Positions 1 through 39,917 of a stretch of 64,000 nucleotides of DNA are shown in pieces. The stretch spans positions 930,001 through 994,000 of the forward strand of contig JAQGDQ010000026.1 in assembly GCA_030141605.1 (NCBI GenBank), written 5' to 3'. Positions within the stretch are counted from its first letter, which is position 1; each line of letters begins with the position of its first letter. The position numbers and the translations under genes were made by a program. This DNA comes from Tubiluchus corallicola (lineage: Eukaryota > Animalia > Priapulida). Below the pieces are notes generated by a model. The model saw only the letters and a list, made by a program, of their open reading frames with translations. It searched no databases and was not told where the DNA came from.

Positions 1-1505
1 CTTAGATGCTGTATAGCAAGCACATTTTGTATCAATTAATATCGAGAATTTATATACCACCTTTAAAGTTTAATTTAATTTACAGATGAAAATGATTTTA
101 AAAGATTTCGTGAATGCAATTTATTGTGGGAGTCACCATGGCTTGCTTGGCTTTACGACAATTTTGTTTTTATTACTTGTAACACATTAATTTTCAATAA
201 AAATGCAAAAAATGGGTGAAACAATTTGAATACATTGCTTCACTTACATGCTATATACATGCGTACAATAAACATAAAGTTACAGCTGTTAAAAGGTCTA
301 CCAGGGAAAAATATTCCAGACACTAAAGTGATCAGCATTGTAAATTCTAAACCTAACTTCTAAATAAATAAAAACAGGGCTGAATCGCCGAAAATGCATA
401 TCATGAGACTATATTCCTATTAGTAAAATTAACAAATGCAATGATGGAAACCTTTACCTGCCAATTTCCTAATTGCTTTGCCTTGCCTTTTTGCATGCTG
501 TTTCAATTGGCAACTTTATTACACTTAGAGCATTGCGTGCTGGAAAAATCTGTCTCTCAGGTTTAATGTAATAAGCGGATTAGACTGCTTTTGTAATTAG
601 CATGTTAAATGGCATCTAATTCGTAAATGTGGTTATTATTCTGCGAGAATAAATCAGATATGTGCATGATTAGCATGTCATGGTTATGGTTATTACCAGC
701 GAATATGTCGCGAAGCATTTTGCTAAAGTACGGATATTTAATTAGGACACGCAAGTGGGCAGATCGAGTATGATAAATAAATGGGAAAAGATGCTGATGA
801 AAAGGTCAGTCAGAGAAGGCCAATAATGTGTATAGAAAGATTGCTTAATGCCTTCCGAAAAAAATAAGTAGCGAGGAATAATACATTTTGAAGTGTAAAT
901 CATATTAAAATCATATGAAATTTTTTTGGAACCATGTTATATCGTTTTGTAATTTTAAAATTTATTTAGTAATAAATTAAAAAATAATAATGTCCACGTG
1001 TACAATAATTATCTATAACAAAAGAATTAAAGCAATTTATTCATCTCTGTTTCTTGTAATACACAGTATCTTACTTTTATACGACTATTTTACTATTTTA
1101 CTACTGTTAAATAAAAAATGCCTAAAACAGTTGAAAACTCTTTGTATTCGGGTTAATACCTAATTTACTCTGCAAAGGACCGGCCAAATATTTGTGCGTA
1201 TGCTGCAAAATGGACCAAGTCTGCACTTGTGAAAGCTATGTAAGCTCAGGGCTAAGGAGTCTTATGGCCAACATTCATTTCACAGAAGCTAAAAATGTAC
1301 TTTCTTTGCCTGCTGTTGTCTTCAATTAACTTTGAGCAGGAACTTTTTTAACAATTTTTTAAGAACAGAATTGATAATGCCATTTACACTAACGACAAGC
1401 TCAAATCCATGTTTATAGTGTAAACACTAGACTAGAAGAAGATATAAGTGTCAATTCAGAAAAGCCTTGTTAGAATTAGTTTTATTATTTTTGTTGAAGA
1501 CTCAC

Positions 1506-18025
<16,520 letters not shown>

Positions 18026-20012
18026 GTCGCTGGTTAGCTTCGTGAATTATAATGAAGTAAGCTACTTCAGTTGATAGGAATACCTGCACCATATGTATTA
18101 AATGTATACATTTACTAGTTAATGGTCCAATAACACAGAAACTGGTGTTAGGTGAAAGTCAGATAACCTGGTACCATTTCAACACATTGTCTGCCTAATT
18201 CCGACTTGGCACTTTATGTTATTACGTGCACCAAGTTTATATTGCATTAATCATATCTAGAATCAAACAATAAACGAATAAGAATCTGACACTCCGTAGT
18301 ATCAGACATTACGCTAACGCTCATAAAATCTTTACTTAAATTATACAGACATTCACTGCAAAGTTAACAACTGCTAAAGTAGCCGACTTCGTGCCGTGAA
18401 TTCCCGTTTCGTTGCAGTCCTAAATTTCCACGTTACTTCTCCTTAGCAGCGAGTGGAGTGAATCAATTGGCTTCTTGTAAAGGAAGCCCGATCCTATTCC
18501 AGTGATTGTTAGCAGTAGCAGAAATCTTACAAAAGCGTTAACATGCAACGTGTCCCAGAAGCCGAGCAGACTGTGTACATAGAGTACATATTATATACCC
18601 CTGTCAGCGAACAAGAGTTTATGAGACCGGGTTGTGCGTCAATATACATGCAAAACCTTTTCTTCTCTCATTCTCAGTATCCATTTATCTATGGGTCTAT
18701 CTATATGAAAGCCAATACTCTTTTTTAGCAAAGCAAATAAATCAAAATCTTATTATAGTGCCAAGATTTAAAGCAATTTCGCGTTCAAGCTTCTAGCTCT
18801 TCGCTGTTAACTGCATTTCGCCATTCTCTAGTTAGATGGGCACTAGGGCTTGCATTTTGAAAACGTGTTGCACAAAAAACAGGTGCTGTACCTTTCCATT
18901 CAGATGTGTTCGTTTCTGACGTACTATACACTTTCGACAGCTCATTAATGAGCACAGCAGTAAAATTGAAATTTGAATTCATTTGAATTCTCATCTTAAA
19001 ACTTGCTGAATTTTATTATAACACCCTGAACCTCATACAGTACCACTGTACTTCAATTTTCTGTTTCACAAACACATGCAACACGCTCGTGGAATATTTT
19101 TGCTATTGAAAAGTATGTTCTTTTGTGATGTCATCAATAATTGGGCTTACCTACTGTTAATTAACCTTTTAATCTATTATTTAACTATCACGACCACTTT
19201 TCCAGTATAGTTGGTGTTAAAATGTATACTTTCTACTGCACTTGAAAATGGGATAGTATTATGAAAAATCATCCTGCTATGGGTGTTATGCGATATTTGA
19301 TGCGCAGTTACAGGCCATTAAGTATTTTTGTACATAATGCGTCCCAGCATACAGTAACATGGCTCAGCATCCATGACTAGCTGTTTTACTAAAAGACAAA
19401 GTTTCCGAAATGGTGGGTTTCTTTTTGTACAGATTTTTCCTAAACTTTTCCGTGGCGTAGTAGAAACTTGAGATCAGTTTTGCTATTATACGAACTGACT
19501 CAATTGAGACAGCAGGTGTCAATTCAATGGAATGGAAGGCTTTGTTGTACGTGTGTATCAAGCTCTGGGTCTATCAGACGATCTATAAACGTCAATGTGA
19601 GCTAAATTTAACTAAATTTTAATAGTATCCATAGTAACCTTTTCAAATCATTTGCTAACCTAATAGAATGGGAGCTTTACTTAACTTGTTAATTTGCTGC
19701 CATAGGGCTGTGATATTTCAGGTGTTGGCTTCATATTGCAATCACCTTTTTTTCTAATTAATAATTTCACGTGTTTGTTACTCTTTTGTTCTTCCTTTCC
19801 AGTTAATCTATGGGTTGTTTGTATTGTGTTCACCCTTTTTTCTGGTTAATCACCCATATACCCATATAATTTTACTCTTTTTGTCATTTACTCTCATTTC
19901 TGTGGATTCATTCTGTTTATCTTCTACCAAACTGTTTTGACTTTTTTCCTTTACGTTAGCCAAAATCTCTGTTAAACATTAATAAACTTCTGTTGTACTC
20001 TGCTCTGTAACT

Positions 20013-21004
20013 GTGACTATGTTGAAAATGGAATTTGCAGGCATAAAAGGGAAACTGCTCCAATGGTTCCGTTATTTTCTAAAACACAGAAGGCAAAGAG
20101 TAGTTTTAAATGGTGTAACCACTTCCTGGAGAAATGTAACCAGTGGAATACTTCTAGGGATTTTGTCAGGACTCAGGACATTGTTTTCTTATTTCATCAA
20201 TGATGTTACTGATTGTGTTTCCCCTGACACACATGCTGCTGTTTGTTGATGGTATAAAACCTTACCATCCAATTAGAAATTTCTCTGCAAGAGATATTAT
20301 AAGCTTACCTGTCTGAAATTGGGCAGTGATGTGACAACTGGATAATGTCCCTCAAACATAATAAATGCAACACACTTCGTTTTTGTTCTAATTCTGCAAA
20401 ACCTTATTATCTGAGAGATGGTGTTATAATTGAAGAAAAATCAGTTGTACGTGATTTGGGTGTGTTAATTTCAAACAACCTGAAGTGGAACTCGTGTAAT
20501 TTATTGAACATTATTATTTCTCAGGCCAATAGACACATTGGAATGTTAAAATGCTGTATTTCATCACGTAGTGCAAAAGTTATTGTACCTCTTTATAAAG
20601 CTGTAGTTAGACCAATACTTGAATATGCGTGCGTTGTTTGGTCAACACAGTATGTTACTCTTAAAAATGGTTAAGAAAGAACTCAATGGAGGTGTATTAG
20701 TCTGGCCTCTGATATTCAACCTGACTCTGTGTCTTCTCTTGAACAATGCCGTGATACTATAGATCTTAACTGTTATAAAGTCATTAGTGGTAGTTCTATT
20801 TTGCGTAGTGACGAATTTTTTTCTAGACCACTAGGACTTACGTGAACACAATTCTAAATTATATGCACAATACTCTCGTACAATATCAGAGCTCAGTCTT
20901 CTCTTCTCGTGTTGTGGGCCCTTGGAATTCATTTAATAGTGAAACAGTTGACGCATCAAATCTGTCGCAATTTCGCAAATTATTGAGGCGACACTGTCAA
21001 TAAA
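20013..21004 (+). mobile_element. 5'-truncated, frameshifted CR1/L2-group LINE (reverse transcriptase to 3' end)
   Basis: GIKGKLLQWFRYFLKHRRQRVVLNG...VTSG, RDLGVLIS, YKAVVRPILEYACVVWS and SRVVGPWNS motifs spread across frames with stops. Confidence 0.88.
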
Positions 21005-21230
21005 CGTGTTATGGTTAGGTCTCTTAGACTTCACAAGCAAATGATTTGGCAACAAACTGACAACTTTTGTACTGCCCGACGTCAGACTTCAGCAAAGAAT
21101 GCCCAGATTGCTTGCTGCAAAGTTGCAACCAGTACAAACTAATAAAATTGTAATACACATCATTTTATCCACGGTATTCTATCGCAAGAAATATAGTTGA
21201 GGCCACTTAATCTCGAGTGCAACTATCAAA

Positions 21231-21815
21231 ATGGCATTTTCTATGACAGCCGCAATCAGTGGAATTCAATATAGATTCCCAAAAGTTGTTAACGTCAGCA
21301 CTGAAACTTTGGATGCTTGGATGAAAAATAAAGCAAAGTCATTAGAAAGCAGCGCAGGAAAATTGCATAACAATAGTGTCGACGATAAGCTTAATGTTGT
21401 AGATCCCGGACAGCTAATCCTATTGGACAGCCGCGAAGATGAAGAAATAATGATAAGCAAAATTCCTGGGTCTGTACCCATCAGTCCACAAAGTACTGGC
21501 CAGCAATGTCTAAATAAGATAATTCAAGAGGCAAATGATTCAACTGAGAATAAAGTTACTGCAGTTTTTTACTGTTCTGTTGGATATCGGTCTTCAAAAC
21601 TAGCTCAAGAACTAATGAACCAGCTAGACAAGGACGATAACTCCACAATATCAAAGCCTGTTGTTGTGTGTAATTTGGCAGGAAGCATTTTTAAATGGGC
21701 AAATGAAGGAAGATTTCTTGTTGATGGAGAAAATAAAAAAACAAATTATGTGCATCCATACAGTGTCATTTGGGGAAAACTGTTAAACTCAGACTTGAGA
21801 AAATGGTCATGCTGA
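21231..21815 (+). CDS. Single-domain rhodanese-like sulfurtransferase, intronless, 194 aa
   Basis: LILLDSREDEE..ISKIPGS, active-site loop YCSVGYRSS, NLAGSIFKWANEG, C-terminal VHPYSVIWGKLL; intact ATG-to-TGA ORF with good start context (AAAATGG). Confidence 0.85.
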   Translation: MAFSMTAAISGIQYRFPKVVNVSTETLDAWMKNKAKSLESSAGKLHNNSVDDKLNVVDPGQLILLDSREDEEIMISKIPGSVPISPQSTGQQCLNKIIQEANDSTENKVTAVFYCSVGYRSSKLAQELMNQLDKDDNSTISKPVVVCNLAGSIFKWANEGRFLVDGENKKTNYVHPYSVIWGKLLNSDLRKWSC

Positions 21816-22499
21816 AGCAAACATTTAATCCTGGTTTCAGCAAATCATTTACATGTCTGCATAAGCATGTGCTATAAGCCTACTTAAAACGTAAAAGCAT
21901 GTTTAGCGACCACAATTCGAGCTTAACTGCTTATGTATGTCATGTGTAAGTAGGCATGTGCTCTTGTAGTGTACAGCTGTGATAAATCTTCTTTAGCATT
22001 GAGCTGTGATCGTATGTATTTTGAAAATAGAAATTTTGTTATTTACATTTTTATCACTTTAAACATGAAGGCTGTAAAGTTGATTCATATATACAATTGG
22101 TAACAGTAATAGCCACAAGATAAAGTAATTCAAGGAAAAAATACATTTTGATTTCTTGAACCATTACATCATCAGTTCATACAATTTTTGTTGCAATTTG
22201 TGACATTTTAGTCACAGAAGTAAAAACAAAATAAAATATTTATAGTCAACAGCTTTTTTGTTTCAGTGCAGTTTATTGTATCAGTGTGTTGGAACTGTCA
22301 GTGTCTTATTGCTTTTCTCACATCTATTTGAACGGTACTAGATATATAACCATATTTTCACACTGCACTAGTATTTATACATGTACTATATGCGGTATAC
22401 GTATATTTTAAGATAACGGTTATCGGTGTGTAAAATTGTTAAAAAAATGGTGTTAACATAAAAAAGTATCTAAAATTGGCTTTTCGCAATAACACATCA

Positions 22500-23900
22500 C
22501 ATGTCAAGACGAAATACAAAAATAAAAGAATAACATGATGCATATAAAATAATTCGTAATTTAGTCAGTTCAAGTTTAGAATGACAAGCAGTTGGTACAA
22601 ATAATGCTCTGAATCTTTCAATCTTCCATTTCATGAGCCTAATGCTATTGTGTAAAGTCCTACACAATATTTTTTACAGATTATAACATATAATGGATGT
22701 TTAGAATTTGTTATCATAGTACTAATAACATTAATGAAGTCCTTAATAATTTTTCTGTCACTTCATTAGATACATAAGTTGCATTTTCATGAAATACTTT
22801 GCACATAAATTTGATAAAACTAACAATCTTTAACTTGTCATCTATTAAAAGGAACCCAAACAGGTTTCACGTTCAGACATATGGATAAGATTACTTAACA
22901 ATGTAGGCTAAACTTTTCATGGAAGAATATAGTTTTTGCAAAGTTGTTGACATGAAGATGTGGAGAGCAACATGTGTCACCCTCCGTAGTTACATCCAAG
23001 TATTTAGCATGAGTTGCCCTCTGTAGTTACACCCAAGTATCTAGTTGTATGTTGTCTCAATTTATTTTCTCTTTTGAGTTGTAAATTGCTGTTAGTAACA
23101 TCTGACAGCTTGGAATTTCTTGGATTTTTGCTTAAATTAGCTGTTTCAACAGTTTTCGACCATTTTATCTACAAATTCGTTTCCTCAGACCCCTTGAAAA
23201 TGTGTAGAACAACTTCTGCCTAATCGTTTTGATCTTCTGTTCTATGAATACTAACACCTTGTTTTCAGAATCCTATCAACAGTATATTTGAAAAGATTCA
23301 TTTGCTTGGTGTAGGTAGTAAAAAGGAATGGAGACAAAGCCCCACTGTGGAATGTCAGTCAGTACTCGAATGCTTCTGAGACAGGCTGTTATTTTTAACC
23401 CAGTGTGCAACCCAAGTTTCTGATGACACATAGTGACACAACATACTAATTAACTCGTTGTGTAGAACAATATTAAAGCCCCAGCTATAATCAATGTGCA
23501 TGCACTTCACCATACTTAGTTTCCTGACCTATTGACTTGTTAATAAAGTATTTTAGGGTAACAATTGGATGAATGTGTGACAGATTTCTGTACAAGCAAT
23601 CTGTGAAAGGCTGCTGTGTGGTTCGAATTCTATTTGTAGTTTTTTTGTTGACATATATCAGGTAGTGCAAAAAATATTAAAGTTGCAGTAACGTTTGTCG
23701 CAAGTGCCCTTTCAAAGTTTAAATTCTGCATTCTGGTAATACAATACATTACCTTTTGGTTGTGGAAGTCACAGTGTGGCTGCTTTAATAGTTTTTAGGT
23801 TATGCCAAAAAGCTTTTGTCTGTTAAAAATTCAAATGCTGAAACAGTGATATTGTTAGTCAACTAATCATAAAAACTGAAAAACAGTCGCATTGATAAAC
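22500..23900 (-). mobile_element. Highly decayed LINE reverse-transcriptase remnant (boundaries approximate)
   Basis: Minus-strand RYLGV/KYLDV (locally duplicated at ~22980-23045) and DIPQWG (GVPQG-like) near 23340-23360, in the expected order. Confidence 0.45.
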
Positions 23901-24010
23901 AAAACACTCAATGCATGGCAGCGAAACAGCAACGAAATCAGTCAATTTAGGTCATGGTCTTAACCATAAAGTACTGGTAAAGATTTGTTATCAAGAAAAA
24001 TAGTACAGTA

Positions 24011-24221
24011 CTTAATCCTCTGGATTATGGTATCTGGAATTCTCTAAAAAGAGTATACGGTGGCTGCTGCAGTGTTGCTTGATGCAGAGGAACTAAAGGC
24101 AAAAATTGATGAGTGGGAGGATCAAAAATCTCTTAAAGTGTGAAATTGTATCAGCTGTTGCAAAAAATGCTTTCGCTTAGTTTGCATTGAAAATGGTGGA
24201 AACATAGGGCATTTGCACTAA
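24011..24221 (+). mobile_element. Tc1/mariner-superfamily transposase C-terminal remnant
   Basis: LNPLDYGIWNSLK...DAEELKAKIDEW...IENGGNIGHLH* matches the SPDLNPxDY..W..LK...GGxIEH pattern; frameshifted. Confidence 0.7.
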
Positions 24222-24869
24222 AATTTAACAAAAGTGACATACAAAATATTTTGCGAGATTCTTTTTTGATTTCTGATGTGAAATTTCTCTGTTTTTGGAG
24301 GAATATAGGGAATACTCTAAAATTTCTTGATCGTACTTAGCATTAAAGTGGCAATTCTAAAGCGATTTCGTTTTTTCTTTTTATAACATTATATTCTAAC
24401 CATAACTTCGGCAGTTTTTTGTACCCTTTGATATATTGTCATTTATAAGAACGTAGGAAACCTGGTGTACCAAGCTTTTTTTCATGGTCTGAAAAGTTCT
24501 GGACTGTATTGTCCTGATATTAGGTGGAAATTTCTTACTGATTTCACAGTCTCGTTGCCCGAGGGTAAGAAGAAGATGGTAAAGTGGTAAGCAATAAGGA
24601 TTTATTCGTTCTGCATGTTGTCTGAATTTGAGGCAGTCGTTTGGGTGCATTGTAATGCACGGTGGTAATCCTCTACAGTACGGTGGGTATACCGTGGTAA
24701 GGTACGGGTCTATGCCAAACCTGCAATGGATGTTGCGTCGTGAAGTACACACTACAATTATTATTATCTAACAGAACTGTGGACTTCTACATGTGCAGTT
24801 ACTGCATATTATTAATGTCAGTGGCACAGTGAAAGCACCTATTTAGTTACGTAATCTCTGAAGATACCC

Positions 24870-25200
24870 CATATCGAGGGAAGTGGCGGCGTGCGAGACC
24901 CGAGTCACGGAGACGGAGTGCACACAGCGACACACTGACTGAGACTATATACAGTGCGGCACACATTGATGTTTTAGTTCTGAAGTTAGTAACTGTAGAG
25001 ATATAAAATACTAAAATAAACTGTTTGTGGTTTACATATTAATTGCATTTGGTGATTTTTAATGCGTCTATTTTGAAAAAAAGTATATTTTGCGCGCCTG
25101 CTAGCTTTACTGCCTTGGCTTTAGTTTAGGCTAAAGCCTACCACTACTAGGAGTAGTGTGTACTGAGTAGTACCTCTATAATGGCGGCATTAGAGTTTGA
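24870..25200 (+). promoter_or_regulatory. Probable CPOX promoter / non-coding first exon region
   Basis: CpG-rich patch with ETS-like GGAAGTG and YY1-like ATGGCGGC. CPOX coding exon 1 is preceded by an acceptor (TTTCAG ending 29087), implying an upstream UTR exon. Confidence 0.35.
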
Positions 25201-25687
25201 AACTTGCTAAGTTGTTTGCCAAATTGGTTTGGAATGGTGATGATGAGAAACATATGACTTGTGACTGTTTTTTCTTACGCAGTAATACTAGCAATTATGT
25301 GCAGCAATTTTTACGTGAAATTTCGCGAAAATAGGAATTTTTTAGGATTGTTACATTGCTGAACAACACCTTTTGCTACTTTGTACGTGTTAGAGAGAGA
25401 ACTTTTAAGCAAAATCATAAATATAAAATACGAGAGAGAAAGCGTGAGATGAATGATTAACAAAGGCTTAACGAGGGAAAAAACTATGGGTAAAAAGCCT
25501 ACATATGGCCTCTTTTGTCGATTTGCAGCAATCATACTCTGCTGATGATGGTGATGATCATGATGATGATGATGATGCGTTTTTACTGAAATTGTAATTA
25601 AGTTCTTTTCAGCTTTTTGTGCAATCTCAGCTAACCTTGGCACAGATCATCTTAGAGAGCTTTTAACTTCTGTTTATAACTTCATTC

Positions 25688-26480
25688 TAGTGTTGCTCCG
25701 GATACATGTTATTGCCGGATAGCGGATGTCATAGAACATTTCTTCAAATTGAATTACGGATTCGGATTATAACTGGATAGGTTAACTAAATTCGAATCTG
25801 ATATTTGGACCAATTGTGATTAGTAATTGTTTGAAAGCTTTAGTGTTTGCATTTAATTTATCATCTAAAGTGAGCCTATAGTTCTTCACATTAGGAGCTA
25901 TTAAGCAAAATCTGAAAGGAGAATAAGTAAATCAGTCAATGAGAAACAAGAAGATCTTACTATACTTAATCAATGTGGGCAAATAGTGTAAATATGTACA
26001 TCAACTTCGATGTTGTTACAATTACCGTGAGATTTTTTTTATTCATAAACTCAATTACTGTGGGATTTTTTTATTAATAAACTTATGTTTGTTATTAACT
26101 CCGTGTTGCAATTCAGTTCATTGTCTTTAGCTGTTACAAGAAATCTCTAGCTACGCTTTGAATGATTGTTTGTTGCATGCCACTAGGTGAAGATGCACCA
26201 TATTATTGTATGCAAAGTGAAAAAACGTGCGTAAAATTTTTGTCGAACACAGATGTAGCTTAAAACGATCTCTGAGTTTTTCAGTAGTGTTTTATTTCTT
26301 TCTTTTCGACTGTTGAATTATACGAAAACCATTCTTAATAGCTTGTTACAAAAACTGGATAACAAATATTGGTGACTATCAAATTTTCGTAACTACTGGA
26401 TAATATCAGATATAAAGAGCTGCAAAATCTCACGAATGTCACGATTTTCGGATATGAATCGGATATCCGGAGCAACAATA
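25688..26480. mobile_element. hAT-type MITE
   Basis: TIRs TAGTGTTGCTCCGGATA / TATCCGGAGCAACAATA, subterminal CGGAT repeats, 8-bp TSD CTTCATTC / CTTGATTC. Confidence 0.8.
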
Positions 26481-26759
26481 CTTGATTCCCATTGTTATCA
26501 TGTTAACTATGGTGGCAACACTAATATTTGAATAGCGCTATAGTATCTCTCTATATGTCCTCAATAATCAATTGAAGTACAGATTTCACAATGTGCATTT
26601 TTTTAAGCTACTTCTATCAAATTAAAACCAACACATGAGATCAGAATTGAAGATTGTTATGTGCAAACATGTTGATTTGCAAACAGAAAACATTTACATG
26701 TAACTTCAAGTGCTTGCTGATGTTGGGAATGTACCTAATATTAATTATTAGTTGATATA

Positions 26760-27605
26760 CAGTAGGTGCCGCTTAATAGACTCACGGTTAATAGATTGAA
26801 TAGCTTAATTGACTCAAAAACGCCTGGAACGGGCCGGTTCTATTCAAATATACATAAAAACTATCGGTAATTGATTCAAATAACTCCTCATAATTGACTC
26901 AATATTTTTCCTTCACTTACTTAAAATAAGATATTTGTATGCCAGCCTACTTTTCTGTCATCTTTGCTTCCCTTTTGTGCACTATGTATGCAGAAACAAT
27001 TGTGTTAAGTACCATTTTGTTTGTAAGCAGGTACGTTTATCATGCGCTAATACGGTAGTGTGGCGGTTTTGCTTTGAATCTGTTACCCGCTTGTCCACTG
27101 TTACCCAAAGAATTTCTGGAAGATAAACATTTAATCATTTGCCTAGTGGTTTCCTTTTGATGCTCTTGTTGCAAATCGCATTTTCAGGCTTAATGAGTTA
27201 ACAGTCAAAGATGCAGGTACAGTAATCAACCGGTATTCCTTGTGACTTACAAAAGTAAACATCGTACAGTAAATAACAGCAATGTATGTGAGCAATTGAT
27301 TCAGAACTGTTTTAGTCACACACAGCGACAGATTTTCAACGTTTTTATAACTTTGTGGGCCAACTTCTTCGCGAGAAAATGAAGCAGCCGACTTTGAAGG
27401 AATTTTTGCAAATAAACAGACTTTTTTCTAATTTTTAGCTGCACAAAGGAATTTAAGCATTACTTCGTTTCTAAAATTCATTAGAAACCTTTGCAATACA
27501 TAGTAAGCTGATGACTCATACTTCTATACCTGTATACTACACCCATCGGTTAATTGGGTCAAAACACGTTGGTCCCAAAGTGAGTTTACTAAGCGGTGCC
27601 TACTG
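26760..27605. mobile_element. Tc1/pogo-type MITE
   Basis: TIRs CAGTAGGTGCCGCTTAATAGACTCAC / GTGAGTTTACTAAGCGGTGCCTACTG flanked by TA on both sides. Confidence 0.85.
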
Positions 27606-28317
27606 TACTTTGGACAAGATAGCATGCATGTAGAAGTTTACCAATGAAGTAAAATAGTTCTTTTCAGATTTTCATCTGATTTTATTAAACGAATCCTCAA
27701 TGTTTTTATCCACTTTAAATAGGTTATTGTTACTTATTTTCAATATTATTTAAAAAACAAAAATTCAGAACGTATTGTGATATTTGGTGCACTCTCTACA
27801 ACAGTCTGATTGTTGAAAAATCGTGCCTTGGTTTGCCATCGCTTTTTATTTGTTTAGCTTCTGATATTGTTTCAACTTGAGTTTTAAGTTCATCGTAGCA
27901 AATAACAGTCTGTGTATCATGAGGGGATTACGACTACTACACACTGTATTGTACAGCAGTCGATCGGTTTCTACTCTGGCAGCATATCAAAGCCTGAAAA
28001 GAAGCCAGCTATTGAGGTGTGTTGTTTTGCATAGTCAGACTTGGTGTTTATAGTATACAATATCTTAATATTTCTTAAGTCTCTTTTTGTAATATACACC
28101 TATTGTTATTTGCTGATTGATAACAAATTCCTCTACTGAATAATGTATTGGATCAGATTTATTTAACACAAATATAAATGTACATTAAATGATTTATCAC
28201 CTTAAATGCTTGTTAAACTTTACATTGTTTAGGATTCTTAAGGTTTTATTTTGAAATCATTAAAACCCAAAGAAGCAAATATATAAAAAGCAGTTTTACT
28301 AAAAATATAAAAAACTA

Positions 28318-28797
28318 CAGTAAGCGTCATTTATTAGACTCGTGGTTAATAGAATCAGTCGACTAATTGACTGAACAACGTCTGGTACGGGCCTCTCCTA
28401 ATTAATTGTATATAAAAACTGTCGCTAATTGACTATTTTTGCTTTGCATACTTAAAATAAGTTATTTCTTTTACGTCACCTTTAATTTTGCTTTTGAATG
28501 CTATAATATACATAGAAACTAGAAACAATCATGTTTGTTTGTAAGCAAGTGCATTCATCATGTGCTAATATGCTAGCATAGTGGTTTTGCTTTGAGTCTG
28601 TCACCTACCTCAGTCAGCTGCAATTAACCACGTTGCCCAGGAATTTATGGAAACTAAACTTTAATCACTTACTTAGCGGTTCCCTTTGGATTCGGAAGCA
28701 CTTTGTGGTTTCACCAGTTAACTGTTGTTGTTATGCCACAGATTCGTCGACAGTAATCTGCCTATTCTTTGTGAATTTACAAGCGAAAACATCGTAA
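28318..28797 (+). mobile_element. Truncated, diverged copy of the 26760-27605 MITE
   Basis: TA|CAGTAAGCGTCATTTATTAGACTCGTGGTTAATAGA... colinear with the left part of the first copy. Confidence 0.7.
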
Positions 28798-29098
28798 GGC
28801 AGCTAAGAGTATAGAGTTAATTTTGAAAAATAACCCGATTTAGCAGGTATCTGCAGCAACATGTTTTGTTAAATGCAGTTTATAAACACTGTTCTTAAAA
28901 AATTCTTTCTACATTTGTCTTGTTGTTTTGGATGAAACTAGCTTTTCAGAATACAAATTAAATTTCTTTTAGTAATAGTTACAACTCTGCGAAAATGGTA
29001 TACTGTACTTTTTGTAAACGTCCTGATTATTTTAATGATCAATTGTTATTTGTTGATATTGTCAAATCATTGAATTTTGAGTTTCAGATTGCAATTTT

Positions 29099-38673
<9,575 letters not shown>

Positions 38674-39917
38674 TGCAAGCTTATAAGGTAAGTAGCGCTT
38701 TTGGTACGACTACTACTACCACTAAGTGACATCAGAAATTCGTTACTAAAACAAATTATTTGACATCATCCTTAAAATGAATTATCACTAATTAGGCCAT
38801 TGGTAATAAAGGATTTAACATATTGTCATTGTGTGCAGTCCAAATTCTGCAATATATTTCCCCAAAGTTTGTGTATAAATAAAAGCAAGACATGAAACTA
38901 CATGTGCATATTACATCATAAATATTTTTACAGATATTCCAATATACATAAAACATTACACATCTCAGAAATAAAAAAAATTGAAGAAAACATAAATAGA
39001 TTATGCACATTGCAACAAAACAACATTCACATAATAAATAATAGCAGATCGTATTGCACCGAGATTCTGTAGTTTAGGTACACGAATCTGCGTAACTAAA
39101 TTCATATGCAGTATACAATTCTAAAAACAATGTATTTTACATTACATTTAGGCGTAACAATAACGAAACTGTCTTTAATCTAACCATATTTAAAGTTCAA
39201 GTTATATTTATAACTGTATGTACATATAACAATAATTGTAATTTTTGATATGTACAATATACATAGCAACTGAACGTCATTAACACTGAAGCCTTTTACA
39301 TAGAAGAGAGGTTTCTTGCAAGCACCCCATTTGAAGGATATTTTGAGAACAGTCATGTTTATGCTCAAAAAACTGTTATAACTTACCAGCTGATCTTGAA
39401 ATTTGATATAGTTGCCAGACGAAAATCACATAAAACTTAATTTTGTGTATAATACTGTGGTGATTTATATTATCTGCTTTTGGTATAAATGGCTTCCCTA
39501 CAACGAAGTTGCTTGCTTTTGCTTCTTATATTAACCTCACTCGCACATGCATCATAAATATCCTTTCATTGGTGTCCTTTGTGACATATTTTAATACACT
39601 TCTTTTCCAACTTTTTTTAAGTGAACTTATTTTTGAAATGTTGGCCTATTTCTTACCTTGTTACATTAGACTTATAGCAAGATACATAAAATAATAATCA
39701 CAGCATCCTGACTACAGTTTTTACCTGTAAAGTTTACATATTCCCTTAAATCTGCTGTTTGAACCAGAACTCTAACGCACACACTCTAACCATACTTTCT
39801 CCAATGGTCAATCATTTCTGTGGAATTGCAAAACAGTCAGGCCAGGTAAAAGTCTTTTTCGAGCCGCCTGTATTAGCTTGTGCTGATTGTCCCCATGTCA
39901 GGAACATTATTGGGCGA

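Noticed and set aside
1-1505. Tomosyn exon 5 (expected to contain a KWLYVGTERGN-like motif)
   Set aside because: Not found in any minus-strand frame I could read; presumably beyond the window edge.
19709-20010. Solo LTR upstream of the LINE fragment
   Set aside because: Starts TG and has AATAAA, but no convincing CA end or TSD.
24396-24752. 118-aa minus-strand ORF
   Set aside because: Non-ATG start, no recognisable domain, overlaps transposon-derived sequence.
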